From: Planctomycetaceae bacterium
Lineage (GTDB): Bacteria > Planctomycetota > Planctomycetia > Pirellulales > Thermoguttaceae
DNA: 28,507 nt
Reading direction: 5' to 3'
Assembly (NCBI GenBank): GCA_003532715.1
Contig: DOEZ01000087.1
Location: 1 to 28,507, forward strand
Below the pieces are notes generated by a model, which saw only the letters and a program-made list of their open reading frames with translations, was not told where the DNA came from and ran no database searches. Positions within the stretch are counted from its first letter, which is position 1; the number at the start of each line of letters is the position of its first letter. A program made the position numbers and the translations under genes. Shown in pieces: positions 1-9,400 of the stretch.

Positions 1-140
1 TGCAAACCTTGGTTCTGGTGGGGCTTCGGTCGCTCGATATGCGTTGTTCAGGGCGGCAGCGTGCAAATTGACGACAGACGGTTTGCATCGCCCCAGGAAG
101 GTTTACGCGACCTCGACCCACCCTACATGGATGATTCGGG

Positions 141-1460
141 CTACCGATTCAACTGAACGCGGAAGTTCGCTCCTTGGATGAACACGTCTTGGCGGTTGTT
201 TTCCCCGAGAATGCCCATCAGCGACGATGTTCCGAATCGGTAGTCGATCAGGTTCGAGGAGCGGGCGATGTTATCCATCCAGAGCCCCGACCAACCGGCG
301 CCGAACGAGATATTGCGAGTCCATTGCCACTCGAGGTTCAGTCGCATCTCGATGCCCGGAGTGAATTCGTTCCTGTGCTGGGTATGCACGAAGGACGTCG
401 CTTCGAGCGCCAGCGGCACATTGGCCTCGGGAACGTGGCCGGGCAGGCTCGGCTCGTTCAGGAGTCCCGTGTTCGGATTCAGTTCCGACCCAATCGTGCC
501 CGTCTGCCGCAGGCTTTGGGCGTTGTAGCCGGCGAAGAAGCGACCTTCGGTGGAAAGGGTCCATCGTCCGTAGTTTTTGAACCATCGGGCCCCGATCTGC
601 GGACCGACGATGCGGTTGTCGGCGTCCTGATACCAGAAGCTATTCGCCAGGGAACCAACGTAGAGGAAGATCTGGTCTTCGTCCGGTTCATTGGGCACCC
701 CCTCCTCGTCGTAGCCGATAATGACGACCCCATCGACCGTCTCGCCCGCGATCGTGACCGGAACGAGATTTCCGTAGGCTTCGAGGCTGAAGCGCTCGTT
801 GAATTCGAGGTATCGGGCACCGCCGAAGAACTCGAAGTAACCGCCGCTGTGCATCTGATTGGTCCGCAGCATGTACATCAATTCGAGGCCCCAGGTCTCG
901 ACCCGGTTTCGGATGTCGGCCGTGGCGAAACTGACGGGCAGAGGTCGGATGATGGTGTTCAGTTCGTCCACGTAGCCGTCGAGGTGTAGAAAGTCGAGCG
1001 GCCCGCCCCATTCCTGGTCGTCGAAGACCATCGTCATGTGGGTGGTCGGTATCTGTTGATCTTGGGGATTCAGTCGCCAGGCGCTAAACAACAGGCCCTG
1101 GTGTCCGTGAATGAATCCGCCTTCGTAGCGTTGGCCGGTGACGAACTCGGCCGTGAAGATACTCGTGTCGTGGCTGTTGTTCTGGGTGGCCGTGTCCTCG
1201 GGATTTGGCCCGTACCAGACCACGCGGCCTTGCTCGCTGTATTTGCCGATGGTCGTGGTGTCGGGGGCGGAGATCGACCAGACCAATGTATCGAAGCCGA
1301 AGAAGAACCCTTCATTAGCCTTCTTCATACCACCGTAGGTGGTTTCGTTGTACGGTGCGAAGAGCTGCATGTCACGCAGACCCTGCGCCTGGGCCGGGAC
1401 CGCCGTGGACAGAGCGATGACTAGAGCGATCAGGCTCCCTGTTACGCGTTGGTATGACAT
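141..1460 (-). CDS. Outer-membrane beta-barrel protein, probably planctomycete BBP7 family (putative beta-barrel porin 7), 439 aa
   Basis: ATG at 1460, TAG at 141-143. Sec-type signal peptide MSYQRVTGSLIALVIALSTAVPAQA|Q. Amphipathic aromatic-rich strands (GFFFGFDTLVW, FEFFGGARYLEFNERF, NRIVGPQIGARW, EMRLNLEWQWTRNISFGAGWSGLW, DVFIQGANFRVQLNR) match my recollection of the BBP7 pattern. The CDS is secure; the family call is by eye. Confidence 0.75.
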   Translation of the reverse strand: MSYQRVTGSLIALVIALSTAVPAQAQGLRDMQLFAPYNETTYGGMKKANEGFFFGFDTLVWSISAPDTTTIGKYSEQGRVVWYGPNPEDTATQNNSHDTSIFTAEFVTGQRYEGGFIHGHQGLLFSAWRLNPQDQQIPTTHMTMVFDDQEWGGPLDFLHLDGYVDELNTIIRPLPVSFATADIRNRVETWGLELMYMLRTNQMHSGGYFEFFGGARYLEFNERFSLEAYGNLVPVTIAGETVDGVVIIGYDEEGVPNEPDEDQIFLYVGSLANSFWYQDADNRIVGPQIGARWFKNYGRWTLSTEGRFFAGYNAQSLRQTGTIGSELNPNTGLLNEPSLPGHVPEANVPLALEATSFVHTQHRNEFTPGIEMRLNLEWQWTRNISFGAGWSGLWMDNIARSSNLIDYRFGTSSLMGILGENNRQDVFIQGANFRVQLNR

Positions 1461-1471
1461 GGTCCTGTTTT

Positions 1472-1476
1472 ACCTC
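1472..1476 (-). promoter_or_regulatory. Possible Shine-Dalgarno site (GAGGT) for the barrel gene
   Basis: Minus strand reads GACCGAGGTAAAACAGGACC-ATG; GAGGT lies 11 nt upstream of the ATG. Confidence 0.35.
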
Positions 1477-1771
1477 GGTCTACGCGTGATAAGTATTGGC
1501 CCCCGAATCCCCGGAACGGAGATTGGGTGCATTTTGGCTGCGACGATAGTATCGGTCACACCAGTCGCAACAGTTGAGTAAGAAAGATAAACCCTGCGGA
1601 AAATACCGAGAAAAACCCCTCCACTAAGGGGGTTGATGCAGCGTTTTTACCAGAAGGTCCTCCCCAGATTCACGCCCATTCGTGTGTCAGCATCACCCAC
1701 TGAGTGGATCGACACCCCTCCGTGAGGTCGTATTACATGGCGCGTGGTGCTTGCGAATGAACCAAGAAGAG

Positions 1772-1811
1772 CAAAGGCGACTCGATCCGTGACGGAAGCA
1801 AGTCGCCTTTG
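1772..1811 (-). terminator. Candidate intrinsic terminator or stabilising hairpin downstream of the 6795-aa gene
   Basis: Perfect 11-bp inverted repeat CAAAGGCGACT (1772-1782) / AGTCGCCTTTG (1801-1811) enclosing a TCCG-TGA-CGGA mini-hairpin. On the minus strand the GC stem is followed by TTTGCTCTTCTT, a weak U-tract; it lies 85 nt after the TAA. Confidence 0.4.
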
Positions 1812-1832
1812 TGAAACGCGTATTGATCAGGA

Positions 1833-1860
1833 GATGTCTCTCGCGAGCATCGTTTTTTTT
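1833..1860 (+). terminator. Terminator-like hairpin plus T8 on the non-coding strand
   Basis: GATG-t-CTC-tcgc-GAG-CATC (7 bp, one bulge) followed by G and eight T (1853-1860). No plus-strand gene lies upstream. Confidence 0.25.
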
Positions 1861-1895
1861 GACGCGGCGAGGGTCCTTCGGAGACTTCGGTCGGC

Positions 1896-3440
1896 TTAGA
1901 TTTCCTCCCAGAGTCCTTCCGTGAAGACGAAATCAACCTCGTCAGTAATTTTCTTCTTGTCGCCCGACCCGGTCTGGTTAACCCAAACGTACTCGAAGTC
2001 GGCCACCCAGAGGCGGAAGTTCAGCTCACCGTTGGACAGATCGGCCCAGGCGTCCTCGCCGTCGCCGATCGATCCGTTCGCGGTGAGCAATTCGCCCAGC
2101 GAGGTGTCGTACAGATAGGCCTCGTCATCGCCACCCTTGCCGTAGGCCTGAACCGTGTCGAACCCGTACGCTCGGAAGGTATTGGCGGCGGTCAGCAGCC
2201 TCGCGTCGGCAGGTCGTCCGATGAACGTATCGACACCTTCGGTCCCGAAGAACCGGACTGTGTCGTTGCCCTGTCCGGCAAACGCCAAGACGTGCTGGAA
2301 GTTGCTCGCCGAGATCTTGAATCCGGCGCCGACGAGCGACATGTCGTTGGGGCTGGCGACCAGGAGATCATCGCCGGCTGAATCGTACAGATTCACGACG
2401 TCCTCGCCTCCGGCGCCGCCCACGGCCCTGGCCGTCGGGAACTTGTCGGCACGCAGGTAGAAATTCGCGCCTCGGAGCAGTGCATACGTCGGATCGGCTT
2501 CGAAGGTATCCGAGTCCGTCGAATCGTAGAACTCGGCGTCGTCGCCGGCGTGGGATGAGCCGATGGCGGCCACGTACCGGAATCCGTTGACCGTGACCTG
2601 GTACAACGCGTTCGCCTTGTCCTTCAACTGGGCGTAGTGGGGATAGCCGGTGAACTTATCGGCTCCGGCCGAATCGTACAGGTTGGCGTAATCGGGCCCA
2701 CCGTTTTCGGAATTCGCCTCGACGTAGCGGAAGCCGTTTGCCTCCACGTAATAGTCGCTTCCCAAGGTTGGCTCGATGCGGGCCTGGGTTGGCGTGGACC
2801 GGAACGTGTCGCTTTCGTTCGAATCGTAGAAGTAGGCGCGATCCGCAAGGATGGGATCGCCGGCGGCGTATCCCTCGCCGTAAGCGCGGGTTGTGTGGAA
2901 TCCCTCGGCGGCGACGACTTCGCCTCCGCCGGTGGTCATGCTGCCGAACTTCGGCCGGCCGACGAACGTATCGTTGCCGGTCGAGCCTCGGAGCACGGCC
3001 GTATCGGATCCGCCGGTTCCGGCGACGGCCAAGACCTGGTTGAAATCGGTGGCTTCGAGCGAATAGCCGGACCCGGTCATCGTGGCCAACCCGGGTCTTC
3101 CCTCGAACGCATCGTCGCCGGCGGCGCCGCGCATCGTGACGTCGTCGTTGCCACCGCCGGCGGCTGCTCGCATCACTTCGACATTGATGGTGTTGACGAG
3201 GTAACCGCCGCCGTGCGGACCCTGGAAGGTGGCCTTGTTGCTCCACATTTCGACGGACTCGTCGGCGGTGGAACCGTGGAAGATCACGGTATCGGTTCCG
3301 GCGCCGCCGTCGTACGCGATGGTATCGACCTCGGTGGCCAGATAGTTGTACGCAGCGCCGTTGATGATGACGGTGAGGGTTTCGCCGGCGAAGAACTCGA
3401 AGAGGTCGTCGCCGTCAGTGCCCGACACCTGGACCTCGCG
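1896..3440 (-). repeat. C-terminal block of 9 approx. 45-aa RTX-derived repeats (GGxDxAxLYDSxGxDxF...GFxxVxA) plus terminal motif EVDFVFTEGLW
   Basis: Repeats read directly from the translation; the same block ends the neighbouring giant protein. Confidence 0.8.
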
Positions 3441-6400
3441 GTTGACGATTGGGGGTCGCGACACGATGGCGACCGTGTAGTCTTCGACTTCGCCGTTATC
3501 GGCCTGACCCGTGTAGGAAAGTCCGCCGATCGTGCTGAAGCGGAATCGGGCATAGGAGTCCCCGACGACCGCTCCGGCGGGCACCTGGAAGTGCAGGGTG
3601 TTCGCGCCGGGCTCGACGAATGCGGCGTCGAAAAGGTGCTCGCCCGCGTCGTCCCAATCGCCGTCGCGATTGAAGTCGAGCCATGCGTCGATATAGCCGT
3701 ATGTCGAGGCCGTGACGGTGACCGAGGCCACGGTGCCTTGGGCAATCGCCGTGTTGAACACGACGCCTTGCTCGTCGTTCGAGAGGTTTCGATTATCGCC
3801 GTCGGCCGCGGCGGTGGGCTGGCCGTTGGGTTCCGCGTCGATATGGGCCGACTGCGGGCCGGCCGGGTCGCCCAGGTAGACGCCCGGCACGATGCGGTGC
3901 CGCGCGCCGTTGTCGACCAGGAGCGTCGGATAGGGCGCGGGCGCGTCGCCAAGATCGAGCACGCCGTCGTCGTTGAGGATCGAGACGACCGCCTGGTCCT
4001 TTCCATCGCGGATGGCGACGATATCGTCGTCGACCTCGATGGCCAACACGAAGTACTCGTCGAGTTCGTATTTCTGATCGCCCACGACGCGCAGGGTAAT
4101 CGTCTGGCTTGCGACCGGCTGGTTCTTGAGTCCGATGACGATGTCGTAATTGGATCCGTGCGCGGCGCGCCAAACCAATAGCGAATCGGAGACGGCCGGC
4201 TTCCATTCAGCGCCGGGCGTGTTCGTCACGTTGACGGAGCCCGTTCCGAGATTCAGGTCGTAGTAGTAAACGTCGTAGGTTGATCCGTTGAAGGCTCTCC
4301 AGACGACCTGGTTGCCTTGGATGCGAGGCTCTTCCTCGGAGAACATCGACGTGCTGGAGATGTTCCTCGGCGCGGTCTGGGCGATCGCGTTGTAATGATA
4401 GATCTCCCAGTTGCTTCCCGTGTTGCCTCGCCACACGATGTCGTTACCCGAAATGTCCGGGTAGCGATCGTGGGTCGAGTTGGTCGTGACGCGCGTGGTG
4501 GCTTCGGTCTCCATGTCGTACAGGAAGATTTCGTAATTGGTCGAGCTGACCTGCGATTCCCAGACGATCTTCTCGCCGTCGATGCGAGGCCACTGATCGA
4601 CGCGGCTGTTGCTGGTCACCTGGATGACTTCGGGCGCGTCGAGCGGGTTGACGTCGCCGTAGTAGGCCATGATCTCGGTGTCCGAAGCTCCGGACCCCCT
4701 GGTCCAGACGATGTTGCGACCGGATATCTGGGGATTCCGATCGTCGAGCGTGTTGTCGGTGAGATTGACCGGATTCGCGCCCGGATCGCCCAGGTTGGCG
4801 ATCTCGAAGACGAAGACCTGGTTGCTTCGGCCGTCGTTGCCCCACCACGTGATCAACGAGTCGGAGACGCGAGGATCGCGGTCGCTGTACGAGTTGTCGG
4901 TGACCTGGCGGGTGGTCGCGACGCCGTTGTTGAGCGAATAGGCGAAGACTTCGTCGTCATTTCCGTCGTTGCCGACCCAGACCACGTTGACGCCCGTCTG
5001 CGTGACGCAGACGTGGGGGACGCGATCGTTCGTGGTGTTGTCGGTCAATTGGATCACGTCGAACGTTCCGCGGCTGACGTCAACGGTGGCGAGGAAGATC
5101 TCCCAGTCGTTGCCGTCGAAGCCCTCCCAAACCACATAGTTGCCCGACACGCCAAAATCGTAGTCGCTCGTCGAGGTCGTGGTCAGAACGCGCGTATCCC
5201 AGGTCGGCGGCGGGGTTTCGCGCGGATCGATGGTTACCTTTCCGGACGCCGCGATGTAATCGCCGTCCTGCGTCGTGGCGGTTCCGTCGATGGTGTGATA
5301 TTGCACCTCGACCGGCGCACCAAAGGAATCGGTCAACGTGAGGGTTACCTGAACTTCGGTGTAGCCCTGGTGTCCTTCCACGACCCAAATGTCACTGACC
5401 GCGACGGACGGCTTGCGGTAGCTGCCGAAATTGGCGCCGTCGAGCGTCTCGTTCGCCTCGAGGAAGATGTCGTAGGAATGATCGGCGTTGCCGTGCGAGC
5501 CGTCGACGAACCAGACCATCTCGTCCGGATAGGTCAAGACCCAATCTTGGAGCGTCTCGTCGACAACCCGAACGACGTACTTCTCGGTTCGCCCGATCAA
5601 GCCGTCGAATTCGTAATAGCCGGTCTCGTTGACGTCGGTCGTGGAGAGATCGTCGGTCATGCTGACGACGTACGGCTCGACGGGCACTCCGTAGACATCC
5701 TTGTCCAAGATGCCGTTTTCGTTCATGTCGATGTAGACGGTCACGCCGGAGATGCCCTTTTCGTTGCCGTCGAATCGGCCGTTGTTGTTGCGGTCCTCGA
5801 AGATCCAGCCGTTGATTGCCGCCGATCCGCGGGCCATAACGACCTGGTAGTCCTCGACCTCGCCGTCGCGCGCCGCGCCGCCGTAGCTCACGTCTTGCTG
5901 CGTGCTCAGGCGGAATCGCGCGAAGGTGGTTCCCGCCGAAACGGTCATGGGAATCGTGACGGGAATGGTCTGGAGTCCGTCGACGACCGAGACGTCGAAC
6001 AAGACCTGCTCTTCGGCGGTGAAGACGCCGTCGACATTCAAATCGATCCAGGCGCTCAGGTAGGCCGCGGTCGCGTCGCCCATGTGGACTTCGACGGTGA
6101 TATTGGTCTGCTGTCCGGCCATGAATTGTTCGGGCAGCGTGATGCCGTCTTCATCGTCCAGATCGTTTTTGTCGTCGCCGAGCGCTTCGTGGTCGGGTTG
6201 TCCGTCGAGTTCGGCGTCGACGAGCGTGCCCAGGTAGAGTCGCCTGGCGCCTTGGCCGGGAGCGGGCCACAGCACGTGATAGGCCGCGTCTTCGCCCGAT
6301 CCATCCTGGCCGTGCGCGGTGACGCCGACCGTGCCCACCGAGCCGATCAGGCCCGAGCCATCGTTGTCCCGGTCGACCAGGTCGCTCAATTCAGCCTTGA

Positions 6401-9400
6401 AGAGAGCCGCCTGCTGGGTATTGATAGCCGCGACGACAGCCGCGGCGGTCGTTCGCAACGGATCGACGTCGATCAGGAGCACCTTGGTGGTCGCGTTGTA
6501 GGTGACGAACGCGATGTCGCCGACGGCCCGATCGTTGACAATGTTGATCTTGACTTCGTTCATTTCGGCGCCGGGGGTCACGGCCGTGATCAACATGTCG
6601 TTGTCGTACCCGGGGAGGATCAGTTGGGCGAAGGCCGCCTCGGACTTCTCGACCGTCGAATAGGAACGAGGCGCATCGCCGTAGTCGCGTGGTTCGGCGG
6701 CGATGATCACTTTGTAGTCCTCGACCTCGCCGTCGGACGCGGCGCCGGTCGGCTCGAGCGACACGTCGCTGCTGAGCCGGAATCGAGCGAACGTATGGCC
6801 GACCATCGTCCCGTCGGCCGTCGACGGCACGGTGAACACGACCGTGTTCGCGCCGGCCGTCAAGGGCTTCGAGTCGGCGATTTTCTCGTCGGGACTCCAA
6901 ACCCCGTCGCCGTCGAAGTCGATCCACGCATTGAGGTCTCCGCCGCTCATCGAGGCGGTCACCTGCAAGCTAGCGAGTTGGCCGGGAATGAGCCAGTCGG
7001 TGAAGACCACGCCATCCTCGTCGTTGAAAACCACGGGTTCCGGACCCGAGTCGTCGATGGGACCGTTCTTGTCGTCGCCCCTGGCGTCCGCATCGGGTTG
7101 GCCGTCGAGTTCATCGTCGGCGCGGCCGCCGAGGAAGAGCCCGCCGCCCAGTTCGTGGCGCGCGCCGTCGTCGGCCAACAGGGTTGGATAGGGGGCGGGA
7201 GCGTCGCCGTAGTCGCGCAGCACGTCGACGATCGCGACCTTGTAGTCTTCCACCTCGCCGTTGATCGCCAAGCCGGTCGGACCGACGGCGGGACCGATGC
7301 TCGTGCTGGTGAAGCGGAATCGAGCGAGCGTATCGCCGATGTATTGGCCGGCGGGCAAGACGAAGCTGACGTTGTTCACGCCGCGCGCGACCGTCCGTGC
7401 GAGGACGTGCTCGCCGGCGTCGTCGAAGTCGCCGTCGCCGTTGAGATCGATCCAGGCGTTGAGATAACCGGCTCGCGACGCCCTCACTTGGAGCGTGACG
7501 ACGGATTCCATGAGCAACGCCGAGGTGAACGACACGCCATCGTCCATCTGGTCGCCCGTCGCGTCGTTGATCGGATTGCCTCGATGGTCGACGGCCTGAT
7601 TGGCGTCGGCCTCGCCGGTGACTCCATAGCCCAGGTAGTAGTCGCCGATCAGCAGATGTCGGGCGCCGTCGTTTTCGAGCTTGGTCGGATAGATCGGATC
7701 GGGCGCATCACCGAAATCGACATGCGTCAGCGCCACGACATACGTGGCGGTGCCGTCCAACTGGTTGGCCTGCAACGGACTGCCAGCGACGTCCATGATG
7801 CCGTCGGGCCCGTTGTCGAGGACGATGGTGTAGGCGTTTCCGTGTTCCCACAGGCCCGCGGCGGCGATCAGGCTGATCACATCGTTTGCCGCGTCGTAGC
7901 GGAAGAAGTAATCGACGCCGGCGACCAGCGGTTCCACGCGGCCGCTGACGTACACGTGGACCTTGCTCGATTTGACCGAGTAGTCGTAAATCCCCGCGCC
8001 GGAGAGACCGTCGTTCAACTGGATCGAAATGACGGGGGTCGGCTGGCCGATGACGAACACCTGATCGAGAGCCGGGTTGAGATCGTTGCCAGCCGCGTCG
8101 TTATCCAGAGGATCGATGATCATCGCGGTCGGCGGATCGAAATCGACGCGATCGATCGCGCCTCGGTCCTTGAAGACGTTGGAGCCCGAGCCGGAAGGCG
8201 GCTGCGCCGACGGGTCGTCGACGCGCTGCTGGCCGTAGAGGTCGTAGTCCGGGGCAAGAATCGGGGATCGCGCGATTCCCAGCGGGTCGCGGACCTCGGC
8301 CATGGCGACGCGATCTTCGAGCGAATTGACCGCGCTGTCGATGGCCTTGCTGCCGGCGGCCAGGTAGAAGTTGCCGGTGTCCGCATCGACGAATAGTGGA
8401 TCGTTCGGGCCGAGGATAACGGCCGTGGCCGATTCGACGGCGCCGACCGCGTTGAGTCCGTTGCGCTGATACACATTAGCGCCGAGCACGGTGGTGCGCG
8501 ACGTTCCGTCGACGAATATGCCGACGTCGGTGTTGGCGACGATGTTATTGAGAATCGTCGGGCTGGCGTTGTTGACGACGAGGATGCCCGTGTCGGAAGA
8601 CGCCTCGATCGGGATTCCGGCCTCGCCCGACAGACGCCACACGTACGTGCCCGGATCCATCAGATCGGTCAGATCGGCGGCACTCTTCGGTCGCATCACG
8701 CTGATGAAGTTCTCGTAGTCGCCGGCATCGAAACCGACCTGGGCGCCCGCGCCGCCGAAGCCGCTTCCCCACTCGTCCGAATCGATGTCGCCGGTGGTCC
8801 ATTGCATGTCGTGGTAGACGAAGACCACGATGTCGCCGAGCGGATCGTCTTCGATATAGAGGGTGAACGTGTTCAGCTTGTCGGCGTTCGACGCGAAATA
8901 GCCCACGCCGACCCAGTCGATCTGGACGACGGCATTGCCTCGGGCGCTAGTGCCATAGGCCACGCGGACCTCGCCCGCGCCGCGCGTGTCGACGTCGCCC
9001 CAGAAGGGCGCGATGATCGGCATGTCCTGCGGAAAGCCCTCGGGCGTGAAGTCGTACAACGGGTAATCGAACGTTATGTTTCCGTTGTTGTTCACGTACA
9101 TCTGGGTGTACGCATTGCCGTAGAAGTTCAATTCGAAGCCGATGTCGAGCAGGGAGCTCGACTCGTCGTCATTCGGCGGCATCACGACGTCGCCCGGCTC
9201 GATTAGACTGATCATCGCATCGACGCCGTTTCCGTAGACCGTGTTGTTGACGATCTTTCCGAACGGCGTGGCCGCCATGGCGCCCTGGTTGTTCGGATCG
9301 CCGCTGAACAGGATGCCGGCGACGCCGCTGTGAACGATCAGGTTGTTCTGGATCGTCACGCCGGGAACGAGTTTCTGGTCGTTGACCTTGACCAACGGAG

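Noticed and set aside
1-87. TGCAAA(CC)/(GG)TTTGCA inverted repeats downstream of the barrel gene as a terminator
   Set aside because: Only a 6-bp AT-rich stem on the transcribed strand, with no U-tract. Too weak to call.
174-989. 271-aa plus-strand ORF over the barrel gene and other short overlapping ORFs
   Set aside because: Antisense or alternate-frame shadows with no motif, RBS or independent codon signal.
1461-1895. c-di-GMP or other known riboswitch upstream of the barrel gene
   Set aside because: No GCAAA...GAAA...GACGCAAAGC-type GEMM pattern on the minus strand. The hairpins are reported only as unassigned structure.
1733-1936. 67-aa minus-strand ORF overlapping the giant gene's stop
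   Set aside because: Starts out of frame inside the giant gene, runs through the hairpin region, and has no RBS or recognisable content.
5847-6735. Identical 22-nt direct repeat GTAGTCCTCGACCTCGCCGTCG (5847-5868, 6714-6735) as a mobile-element or recombination signature
   Set aside because: Fully explained by the conserved DGEVEDY motif written with preferred codons.
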